A DNA stretch of 64,000 nt from Lingula anatina (Eukaryota; Animalia; Brachiopoda), in NCBI GenBank assembly GCA_051362555.1, contig CM120647.1:15848651-15912650 (forward strand), read 5' to 3'. Position 1 is the stretch's first letter. The number at the start of each line of letters is the position of its first letter. The translations under genes and the position numbers were made by a program. A model generated the notes under the pieces. It was not told the DNA's origin, made no database searches, and was given only the letters and a program-made list of their open reading frames with translations. This document shows positions 35,020 through 47,858 of the stretch, in pieces.

Positions 35020-38000
35020 AAAAGCGAAGGTTTGATACCTTACGTGTATAATTTCATATCACAGTGTGTTCAATTCATTATATTCTTTGTTCAATAAATA
35101 AGTTCACGTCCCTTACAGAGGGAAGCTGTATCCTATTTTACGGACCAACTCTTATCGGTATGTACTGTACAGTGTATGTTCACTTAGTCGACTAGTATAT
35201 GTATAGTCTATAGACCTTAGAAATTGATCGTGCGTGGCTCTAAATCGTTGGTTACACGTAGATTAGATGATACTCTCAATATAAAAACACACCCGTTGTC
35301 TTTTATTTCAATCATGGTCTTAGTATAGAAAGCAGAAGTGTAGAGTCTCAGCGGTTAGGTTTGTGTCTTTAGTACACGTGCATTTTATGTTTTCTATAAT
35401 AAATTACGTAAGTACGTGGTAGTGGTCCTTTTACATCGTGCTTTTACTTCTCCTTCTCAGTCCAGTAACCGGCAGTTTCAAATGGGTGCAATTTTTTTGC
35501 AGAAAATCTGGACTTTTTATCCCCTTCGTTGGCCTTATCTGAGAAATGTTATAGCTAGAGCTTAAACTGAATTTTGAGTCAGAGCGGGCCTTCTTCTGGT
35601 CATAAGGACGGCTAGTTCCAAACCCTTCTCCTCCTGATTACTGACCTCTGCATAATTGAAAATGTACTTTGTAAAGATTAATATTAACATTACAAGAAAA
35701 AGGGGAGATTTATAATTGGAAGGAGATATAGATTTTCCAAACCAAATTATGGGTCTGACCCTTTCTAAGAAGACACTAAAAGAATTGTTTATGATGAGAG
35801 GCCCCGAAAAATATTTTTCTGCAATTTGACAAAACGGACAAAAGTCAGTGCTACCTGCCCGACATTCTCAATCCGTTCTTGAGTCTCCTGTAATAGCCGA
35901 GGACATAGTTATAATTAAGTAAGTCACCTGTATATGTGCACTGACAATTCCATACATGTTTATATAACACATTTATATAGATCAAATAACACGTACATAT
36001 ATATATTAACGTTCACACTGGTTTGGACTGGTACACTAACAATTTTATTTTTATTTTGGAAAATATAAACATACATTAAGATTTAATTGCGCATTGCTTA
36101 GATCAATATAGTAGTAGCTTCCATGTACCAGTATAGGCACTTATATTACTATTTCATTTCTGCATAAAGCACATTTAATTACCGCTACATCTTGTTATTA
36201 ATGGTATAGATTAACTCACGGTTACCTAGGTGTACTAATATTGTCATGTCTGTACATGTATACGTACACAACTATTTTGATTTCATTTAATTTATTCATT
36301 GTATACACACGGCCCTGTAGCGGATTCAAAGCATCAGGGGTTGGTTTGTCAACAGTGTGGATATGAAGAACTATTTATCTATTGTGTGATCTTGTTGACA
36401 TATGGATATCAAATTAAAATGAAAAACAAAAATAATAAATCGAATTATCTGGAATGATTTTGTGTGGAAAATGTCTAATTAATTAACTCGTTTTCTGGCG
36501 AGATGGTGTGATACGCTTATCAGTTTCTTTTCTTTTGTGACCCTCTCCCTGTCCCCTCCCCCCTCTCCCCCCTCCCCCCTCCCCTCCCCCCCCCCCCCCC
36601 CCCCAGAAAAATGGAAATAAAAGAAATCAAAACGTAAAGCTAGCTAGTTCTTTGAAAAATAGTCAGAATTCTTGTCAATAAACCGTATTAAAGATAGAAT
36701 AGAGTGACCGAAGACTATTCTTGTTGGGTTATAAAAAATCAGTAGGCCTATGTATAATGTAGGCTACTTGTTTGCCTAGGCCTAACTGCAGTGTTGCGTG
36801 ATGTCGGAGAACCGTAGGTAGCAAAATGCTAATGCAAACATCAATTTTTGCTCTCTTTGGCAACAAAGGCAAATAACTAAGGGAGAGTTAGCGGGAAACA
36901 TCAAGATTCAGGGTTTGTTTTTTACTTGAGACAAAACAAGACGTACACACGTTTGAAAAACAATGTTTTATTACCATAGCGCAAACAATATATGAGTTAT
37001 GTGTGTTATTTTCAAGAGTATATATAATTTTCATATTAACTTTTAGTTTAGAACATAATATTTCGCTTGAGTTTTATTTATTTATTTTTTCAGATGTAAT
37101 ATTTAAAAAAAGGTGGGCCTACTTCCAGACTGATAATTTTGTACAAATGACTCTGGTAAAAAAAGGGATAAAAGATGTTTTTTTACATCTTAAAATATAA
37201 ATCGGTTATTTCTTATGTCAGTTGGTCAAAATGACTTCAAAGTATATATTTTACGAACACGAGAGAGAGAGGGAGAGAGAGATGTGGAGAAATAGAGATG
37301 GAAATATAGGCCTACATGTAGATACATCATACAGGAGCTCAGTGTGGGAGAGCGAGGTGACCTTGACCTATGATGGCACAGTCTCGATATCACTCAAGCC
37401 TGACGTCACGGGATGAGAAATAAGGAAATCATGGCGGAAAGGAGGCGAGCAATCTGCGAAACTAAGGGGAATATTTGAGATTTTTTCTTGCTTCTGAACG
37501 AAGAAATCAAAAATAAGTGCAACAGCGAAGAGAGATGAAGCACACCAGGACTTGAGCCTGTCAACGTCTTTGCATGTTGAGGAGGTGGTTTATTTTACTC
37601 CTGTAAACGTTGGCATCGATTTTTCTCGGTGCAGCGTCACGTTGTTTTGGTCCATATAAGCTGCATCTTGTAGAATTCTCCAGTGTTGAGTATGTCACTG
37701 AGAGAAAGAGCCAAGGAGAAACTCAGGTCTACTTTGAGGTATGGTAGAACGATAGATATGGTCACATAATAGATGCAATTGATGAATATTTTGTCATTTG
37801 TCTGCACCAGCATTTCGAGCCAGTAGGACCTTAATTTGATACACTGAATATTAAATCATAGATGTTGTTTATGTTATTGAATTACTAAGTGCATTCCATG
37901 ACGGTTGTACAGATAAGCTGTTACCATGAGGAAAAACACATTTTGATGTTGATTTACCTGTTGTGCAATGAGAAAACTGACAGAGTCTGCATATTCTGCA

Positions 38001-40609
38001 AAGGGGGGCGGGCCGGGGGGGGGGGGGTCTTAATTTATTATTATAAACATATTAAACCCCCTTACAGTGCAATAAATTGTATGTACAAGTTATTCAATTA
38101 AAAAAAAGAAGTATGATAAATTGGAGTTTACATGGGCATTTGAAAGGGTAAGACACTTACCGTATAATAACTTTTACAGTTGCTAATATGGAACTCCGAA
38201 GGAGAGAAAGAATTTATTTGTGAAGTTCAATAATTGGTTGGTGTTGGTGGTGAGAGCAGAAGTCACCTGAGTTGTTAGAGTAGGAACACCTTGGCGACTG
38301 AACAGCTCGATAAATTGATAAAATACTGAGATAGATACTTGAGTGAGGTCAGCAATTATTGAAGGTTGGTAAATAAACATGCCACTCCACACATGGTGAA
38401 AAGTAAACAAAAAATTGACATGGTAAAACTTATGAAAGCCTACTATCAGAATGATTTCAGCAAATTGTAAAATGAAAGTTTGAACTAATGGTAGATTGAA
38501 CAGCAAATGTTAGATAACTTTACACTGCTGTACACTGTACCAAGTTAAGGTACTATATGGAGCATTGAGATAAAAAATGTACTTGATTTTGGGCTATTTA
38601 GCAGAGATGTTACACCCTTTCTTAAAATCAATACTAGAGCAGTAAATAAATAAATAGTTCTGAATAAATAATCTCAGGCCCCTCTCTCCAGCTCCAATTG
38701 ATTTATGAATTTTATAAACGAAATGAAACTGGTATGTACGATATAAGGATTGCTCTTTTTACCTTGTACAATAATCCAAAGAAGAATTTACTAACTTTTA
38801 TGTGCTTTTATCTTATGCATGACTTAGTATTGACACTATCCTGACTATGCATACCTTACCAATGTTTAGCATTAGGATAAAATGTATACTAGTAATATAA
38901 AAGTGAGCAAGATGTCAGCCTCATACCTCATCTCCCACTACAGGAAAAAATTAAATAGATGTATACATCAGTAATTTAAATCCCCAAATTCAGTGAAATG
39001 AAACTTTCTCATATGATACACACTGATTACTCAGTTTACAATAACCCAGCAAAGAACTGACTGTTTAATATTATCATACTTTTATCTTATGCATGACAAA
39101 AGCATTTAAAACTTCCATGACTATGAAGCATGTCAGTGAAATGATTCACGTGTGCATTAAATAAAAAGCAGTATTGCAGTGTTGCACCCTGAGTTTTAGG
39201 GGTCACGTATACTAGAAATTTGGGTAATATATATGCTGATTTCAGTGGGGCATATAAAGTAACCCCAAGAATTCAGGGCATATTTGCAGGGACCAATAGT
39301 GTACATAGCTGCTGTTAACAACAATAATGACATGTATTTGCAGCTCCACATTGGCTATTATTATAAATGAATACTGCAAACAGAAGTGTTTAAAGATTGC
39401 TTTTATGTAAAGAGACAAAATTGGATTTTGTAAAATTAAGACATTTTCAAGAACTACAGTACTTAGTATATCTGTACGAAGTTATGTCCTCATATCCTGT
39501 CTGGAAATGCAGTGGTTACCAGGTGTTCATTTTACCAGGTGTTCATGTGATCTTACCATATTGCCATGGCAACATAGGTCATGTGATGTCATCAGGATAC
39601 CACATTGCCATGGCAACATTGGTCAAATAGGGCAGAGTATATAAATAGCCGGCTGAAGTGGCTTGTCAAGGAAAATACATTAGACTCACTTTCCTTAAGC
39701 CTTAGGTATAATTATCAAGTGCACATTTTGTGCAGCTAACATGGTGCCATCAGTACACCACATTGCCATGGCAACGTAGGGAAAAAAGCCACATCTAAGT
39801 ACAGCAGAGTAGATAATTTGCCAAAGGAAAAACATAAGACTTACTTTTGCTTACAAGTATGTTATTATGCAAACTGTTCTTCTAATTGAGAATTTGTAAG
39901 GTAGTAAGTACCTCCACAATATTTCTGCCGCCATGACTGTACACAAAGGCTAGTGGTTCATGAGAGAAAACCTGGTGGTTCATGGTAAATTCCCAGGTGC
40001 ATGTTATTTGTCAAGTACTAAGACTACTTGATATCTGTGAGGAGAAATTTGGACTGAAGTGCTTTAGGGTGAGCTTTATATAAAAAAAGTGGATTGGAAG
40101 TAAAATACTCCATAGTAAATAAGTCTGAGATTGACAAGCCATTTGGACCTGAGAAGTAAAAAAAAAATTGATTTTTCAAACATGGCAAGTCTTATTGTAA
40201 AGTGGAAGGGGGTGATTAGATTAGGTTTATATGACTTTATTGATTGATTTGGTCTTTGGACTAGTTTTATTTGAACTCAGACTAGTACTAGTAAGTGTTA
40301 TTTAGAGTCAGTTAGTCCAAGTGATTATTAGGTGTAGTTTGTTTTCAATAATCAGAAATGGTTGTAGTGAAAATAATCATTATTTACTAGTAAGGATGGG
40401 GGCAATATTTTTAAAGAAAAAAATTACTGAAAAAGGTCAGATTGGGTGTTATTGTGCTTTCACTTTTGAATTGACATGAAACGATGACAGAGTTTGGAAA
40501 GAGGAAAATTAGTAATAAAATAGTATTAAGGAAAAATTTGTTGGATTACATTTTGTCTTTAATGCATAACTGGATAACAATTAAAACTTAAACTGGAACA
40601 CAGTTTTAG

Positions 40610-40660
<51 letters not shown>

Positions 40661-43600
40661 ATCTCAGGACTCTATAGCAAAAAAAAAAAAAAAAAGTTAT
40701 CAAACAGAGCCAAAACTATGCTTTTCTCATAGTTTTGATTCGGATGAGGTAGTCGGAAGGGGGGGGGGGGTGTTATCAGCTTGGTAAGCTTACTAGTATT
40801 ACTATATAGGGTCGAAGTTGTGGAGGCAGTGGAAGATGGAGGAAGAGATCAAGATTATCAAGGGACTCGAGGAAATCAATTGCTCATTTTCTACCAAGCT
40901 TCTCTCATTGATTGAAACTTTGTTACATTAGTTCAATTGAGGAAATTGGGGACAATTAGCATTTGGAGTAAAGAGAAGTATTGGAGACACAATGTGTATT
41001 TTAAGCCCAAAAATGTCACTATGGTTAAATAAAACTATTATATAATTGACGTACATAAAATCAAAAGCTTAGCATGATTATAAGGACAATGGCCATGTCC
41101 ATTCTTTTACCTGAAATTGAACATGACATTCCAGCTTTGGTTTTTTATTGCCTTAAAATAAAGACCTACCCAAAACTGCACTTGACTAGATTAGAACCAT
41201 ATAGAGCACACAGTCACTAGATCTAGAGTTTGTCTACAGTCTGTTTAGTCTTTTGGAGCAGCAGTACTAGTACTCAGTGACTAATATCTGCAAACACTTT
41301 TTCCACTTGGGTCTATGCCGAGCTGCAGTGTTAACTTCTTCAGAGATTCAGATTTAAGTTTTAGGCAGACAAAAATTTAGCAGTAGTACTGAAGTCAACT
41401 GTCAGATTTTGTCTTTTTTACTGAAATAAGAGCTATCTGTCTTTTGTATTTCACCATAGATATAATAACAGAAATTTTGTAGTAGGGTAGGTAGTTGTTT
41501 TTTTTTCCTTTTAAAACATTTATAGTTATTAGTGTTCTGTAAGTATAAATTTTTTGAAAAAATAAATTCTCATCAAGGCCTGGCTACAATGGTGACAGAG
41601 GTACCTACTAGTATATTAAAAGGTGATGTGTACATTCGACAGTAAGCACAGAGTAATGGTTTTCAATCTGAAGCAATCAATTCAAATGTATACATTTCAT
41701 CATTAATGCATCCCATGCATCTTTTAGTGCAGTATTTGGAAAACACGTATATGGAAAGAGGCTGCGAAAAAACTATACTTCCAGACAGAAGTTCACAATA
41801 ACTGTACTAGTAAATACAATCAGATAATGTCTCCATGCTATGTGATATCAGATTATAGTGAAATGTAGGACAATATAACCATTTATCATCCATCTTGACG
41901 GTCAGATTTAATGAGGTGAAAGTCATGGACAGTCCTCATCTGGAAATGAAACGCTGGTAGGTAGAACGGTCAGAGTTGAAAATCTTCTGGATACCTAGAT
42001 TTTTTTTAAAAATGAATATGTAGATTTCCCTACTGTTTAAAAAAATCAATAATGGTATCAAGGGTTGGGTGGGGGGCTCACTTCCCCTGGCTCCCCGGGC
42101 CCCATAAAGAGTCGTGTCATCAGGTCAGGATTAATATATATAAAAAAAGGTTTGTTTTTTAATCTCTGTACTAATGTTTTGTCCCTATCACTAGCACTAG
42201 TACTAGTATGCGTTAATTTCTCGGATCATCATCATTGTCCCGATCCTCCGCATATCAAAGATTGTCACCACACTCCATGGACCAAGCCCTCAACTTCTAT
42301 CTATCAACTGCTGTCCTCATGAACTCTGTTAAACTTTTTCTTGGATAACTCTAGTTAAAAAATGGTAATGTGTCATTTCATCCTCAGTGTGTGACATGGA
42401 ATAATCCCTGACTGTGACTGTGATGTGACAGGGAGAGGAAGCTCAGAGTCAGTTAATTGATAGTATTATTGACTCAAACCTGAATAAACTACCAGTGTAA
42501 CACATGCTTTATCAGGCTGGTATCTGTTTGATTGCTATTTAGCTTGTCCCCGATCTTGATTTGAAATGACAATGTAATCACACATTGTTTTTGTACCTGT
42601 TTGTCCTTATGGTTGGAATCTGTATAATGATGTGCATGTGTAATTGTATAGGAGCATTCCCAAGAAAACTATGGTTTTATGTAGATCAGTCTAACTCCAT
42701 GGACCTCTTGCTGAATGTAGTCAGATTAAACCAATGACACACCTCTTCTAGAAGCTAAGGTGATTAAGGCTTCATTCACATGCAATGTCTATTTTCTAAA
42801 TTCTATTTTCTATTGGCGGTATGTCTTATGATCACGGTCTGTGCCCTGAATATCCCGCGGCGTAATTACTGGCAGCGCGAGCCAGTTACTATAAGTTACT
42901 ATAAGTAACTGGCTCTCGCTGCCAGTAATTACGCCGTGGGATATTCAGGGCACAGACCATGATCATAAGATACCGCGAATAGAAAATAGATTTTTAGAAA
43001 ATAGAATTTCCATGTGAACGAAGCCTTACTTTCGTTTGTGTTAAGTCGCATGCAAAGCGAAGTGCGAAAGCTTCCAGAAGCCACACCTGAAAGTTAATCA
43101 CGCCTTAGCTGCCTGGGTAGGCATGTCATTGAGTTAATCTGATTGCATTTAGTTAGAGTCCCCATGAAGTTGGATTGATCCACGCAGAACAGTATTTTCA
43201 TTGGGAATATGCCCTATAATTGGGGAGGGTAAGGGTTGTTAGGTGAAGCTTACTTCAGGACAGCTAGAATAGATTCAACTTGCTCTGTTATATAAATGTA
43301 CCAGTATTGCATGCTGAAGTACTTGGCTGTTAGGAATCAATAATTGAGGTGAAAATTGATCTCATGTGAAACAGTGTTAATAATTCTTAGACTTCACATT
43401 TTGCTAGTGCCTGTCATAGTATTAATTCATATTGCTAGGAAAAACAGTACAGGTTCTTGCAGACAATTATTAGGGCTGATAGAAAACAAGAACCAGAAAT
43501 TAAGGTCAAGAGTTGCTTTTAATTTTAGTTTGTGTACATTGTGATTTAGGGCTCATTCTAATTGAAAATATCAGTCTACGTAGAGTGATCAAACTCTGTG

Positions 43601-44902
43601 GGAACTCTCGCTAAATGTAACCAGTTAAACAGATAAATAGGCCTCCTCTTGTATCATAAGAGGAGGAGTGTTAATCTGTTAAACTGATTGCAGTCAGTGA
43701 GAACCCCATGGTCTAGGTAGACTGATACAGTTTCAGTGGGAATAAGCTCTTAATTAGAAAAAAATACTGAAAGTCCAGTTGTTTGTGAAAGCAAACACAA
43801 AAAATCCTTACTGTAATCAGCACATTTGTCTCCTTGTTTTCAGTGGCAAGAGTAAATCCGAGGATGGATTCAAGCAGACAGCAAGCACAGGCAACATGGC
43901 CAGCCAGTCAGAACCTGGCGGGGGGGGAGGCGGGATTTTCTCCATCGGAGGAACGGCTTCTTCTCCGCCCCCCTGGACCAGTCTTTCAGAGGAAGTGAAG
44001 AGGAAGCTGGACGAGATTGAGAGTAAACCGAGGAGCATGACAGAAAGTAAGTTAATGTTGATTACGTTGAGGCTGGAGGAAGGGGTAATGGAAATGGTGA
44101 GGAGACAGAGGGTAAACATTTGGCTGGATGAGATTGAGAATAAACTGAGGAGCATGACAGAAAGTAGATAGTCACTAGGGGTGAGGGGAGGGGGTGGAGG
44201 TGGTGGGGGGGGGGAGGGTGGCAGAGATGGTGTGAGAGGGAGTAGAAGAGAAAAGGCAAATGGGAACCTTCGGGGATGGTAGGAAATAAGTATATGCTGA
44301 GATGGAGTGGGTTGGGGGTGGGAGTGTTGGTGGAGAGGAGGAATGTATATGGGCAGAGAGATGCAAAGAAAAACCAATGGTGCATAATGTTAATTAAGTT
44401 GAGGCTGGAGGGGGGTGGGGTGATTTTTTGGAGAGCAAGGGGGGTAATTGAGATGGTAAGGGGACAGAGGGTAAACATATGGCAGTACCAGCTTTCAGTT
44501 TGGAAGTTTTTGATAAGTTATTCAGATAGCTGTTATGTCTGCTGTGTTTACCTTTGACCTTTAACCCTTGACCTCTTGTTTTGTCATGGATCACTGGCAG
44601 TGCATTGAAAACAAATAAAAAAGTAAAAACATGGGGTGACGAAGCAATTAAATACTGTCTGATGTTGTGATGGAATGATATTATATACTGCACAGCACCA
44701 GATTAAATTAATGAACTTTTTATGGGCAGGAAATAGTTAAATTAATATTTTATACATTTGGTGCAAAGATATAAAAGGAAAAGGTGACAATTTATATGTT
44801 GACACTGAAGTCTTGTTTTCCTGTATCTCTGGCCAATGTTTGTTTGCACAAAATAAACAATTTTTACAAACAATAGTTGAAAAGCAATCATATCTGATTT
44901 TG

Positions 44903-44979
<77 letters not shown>

Positions 44980-47007
44980 TCCCAACCATTTGTTTCATGT
45001 TGTAAATACCAGAGCAATTCAGGAATTAATTTTATAATTATTACTATGGCCAGTGGCTATCTTTTTGTAGTGATGGAGTCACTGTGGTATTTATGAGGTA
45101 AGAAAGCAGCACGGATCAGGTAGTACAAAGTACAAGGTTGTTTTTACTGCTCGGCAAACTGCCTTTGGCTTGGTGTAATGTCACATGTTCCACTGGCTAA
45201 AAATGCGCTCTTCATCCATCCTTGGGTGCTGCGTAAGAGACTGGAGTGAGAAATGAGAAAGTTCAAACTCTGATTGAACTTTTACAACTGGAAAGTTGCC
45301 CTTGACTTTATGAAGTGTTTTTGTTATGATTATTATATGAATATAAATATTTGTGAATCAGCACCAGAAGAAATCTGTCTCCCAGACGGCTCATTTTAGT
45401 GTAATGCAGAATGAAGAACAGAGGCCATCTTAGATTGTCTCCTTGCAGATGCTCAGAATTTTCTTGGATCATGATTTTGTAATGGTAGAAGAGTGGTTTT
45501 ATTACTGGACTGAAGGTGGACAAGTGTGACTGCTGGGACTCACTGTAGTGCGTACTTATGAACAGAGTCCAAGTCTTAGTACTGAGGGGAAAAAAAGGAA
45601 TTCTTTCTGACAAAGTTTAAGACTGCTTCTCATATAGAAAGTGCTTGTTCAAAAAATTCCCTCAGTTTCATAAAAGAAAATGTCCTTTTGGCATTTGCTT
45701 GAAGCAAGTGTTATTGTAAATAACTGAATTAGTGAAAAGTTAGAAGGGACATGTCATATGAATTATTCACTAGAGACAGCTAAAGACAACCTTCTGTAAC
45801 AGTCAGCAGTTGATAGCTGGAAGCTGGCCCGGGGCTAATTATCAAGATCCTGGTTAGCAATATATGAGGATACAAATTTTCACTGTGTATACTGCACATA
45901 ACTTGCCCATTATCCAGTTTTTTTGCAGAGTAGAATAGGACTTGGGGATTATCCAGTTTTTCACAGAGTGGTACAAAACTTGACGATTATCTGGTTATTA
46001 CAGAATATTACAGAACTCCTGGATAATGTAGTTTTTGCAGCTTTTACAGATTAATGCAGAACTTTTAGATAATCTGTAGTGGTGGAACTGAGGAGTGCAA
46101 TTCTCGATTACACACGTTTCCTGCTGCACAATCCTATTGAAAACCTGCAAGAGATAATATCCAGTACAATGAAAAGATCTCAGCGTATCAAGACGGAAGT
46201 TACTGATCATCATACACGGCCAGTTAACATGTGGTCCTGCTGAATCTATTCCATATCTTAAAAAAAAAAAAGATTTCATGTTTTTCAATCAGTCATTGAG
46301 TGAGATTGAAAACTTTCTGCATTTTTTTCCAAAATTGAGGTTTTTTTTTTGCTGCAGTGATGTGTAATAAAACTTCATCTGCACGTAGCAGTAAATATTT
46401 TCCAGAATGCCCCGGGCATGAAAACATAGTAGATTCTTGCCAAATATTATGCATGGGATATTAACATGAAGAAGGAGGCTACATGGCATTAATACAAATC
46501 AGGTGTCTTTTCATTAGACGACAAACTTTGTATGTAGAATAAGGGGTCGTTTGAAAGGTGCCAATTACTTGGCCAGTGATATTTGTGGCCAACAGGACAT
46601 TAGTCAAGTGACCAATATTTTGTTCAAGATACCGTATGGATTTGTTATATATATATTGGAATGGTTATAACAGAAGCTCAAGTTATAATACCAGACTAAC
46701 GTAATATGCCCCAATTGGTAATAGTGGAACCAGGAGTAACATCATATCATCATACTCAGGAGCATTGTGTGTGTTGAACATTTTCTCCTACGTGGACAAT
46801 GTGCCGTTACATGTGTGGTTGTTTATTTGCCTTTTTGTCTCATTTCAAAGTGGTGACGGACCCTGGGGATGCTGGGAATGGAAAGAAGAAAGGACGCCAG
46901 GTGGTACAACCCAAGGGTACCATTGTTTACGAGGTAGGTGATGTTGTTTTGATCTCCGTTATTTAAGGACACGTGAATGCATGTGCAAGCATGCATGCAG
47001 GTATGCT

Positions 47008-47066
<59 letters not shown>

Positions 47067-47282
47067 CTAATTCTACTACTTGGCGCAAATCTTTTCTGAT
47101 AGAACAAAGTTGCCTGAACAAGGAGACAATTGGAAGTAGTTGGTTAGAGGTCTGTGTAATATTTTGGAACACCCTGGTCTCTCTGCACTCTCGTAGATAT
47201 TTGATAACATTTTCTGAAATGACGTTCCCAAACTTTAAGACCATTTGGAAACTTGTCCTTGAAATCTCTCTCTGTTTCTCTG

Positions 47283-47330
<48 letters not shown>

Positions 47331-47819
47331 AAGCACACACCTTTCTTTAAGTGAATACCAATTTTCCCCTTGACTTCTCTTGTGACTCTGCCATGAAGGT
47401 ACCTTACTGTCCACATTCCTGTATAATGGCTATAGGGCAGTGAGGTCCTGGTCACAACGTTCTCCTTCTACTGTGTTATCTGTACACTTGGGGGTTAGTA
47501 GTTCATAGTTTGTCAATGAGTAACAATGGAGTGGATGTGTTCAGTGTATTAATCGGTACAGATAACAGTTAGGAGACCCTGGGGGGGGGGGGGTGGAGGG
47601 GGGGTGGAGGAAGTGTAAAGAGTTTAGAAAACAGTGATGAAAACTGAAGTTGGGGGTGGGGGTGGGAGGTTGAAGGGAGTGGTGGAAGCTTTCGAGAGCA
47701 GCGTGGACATTTTCTGAATGGAATGTATTCTGTCTGTGTCATCTAAATCCTTTCTTTTTACATACACACTTGTGCACATCCATGCAAGCATATCCTCAAA
47801 CTCATTCACTCACTCTCAC

Positions 47820-47858
<39 letters not shown>

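Noticed and set aside
43817-44478. Pro-rich minus-strand ORFs (186 and 138 aa)
   Set aside because: Antisense shadows of an OXR1 exon and a G-rich intron.
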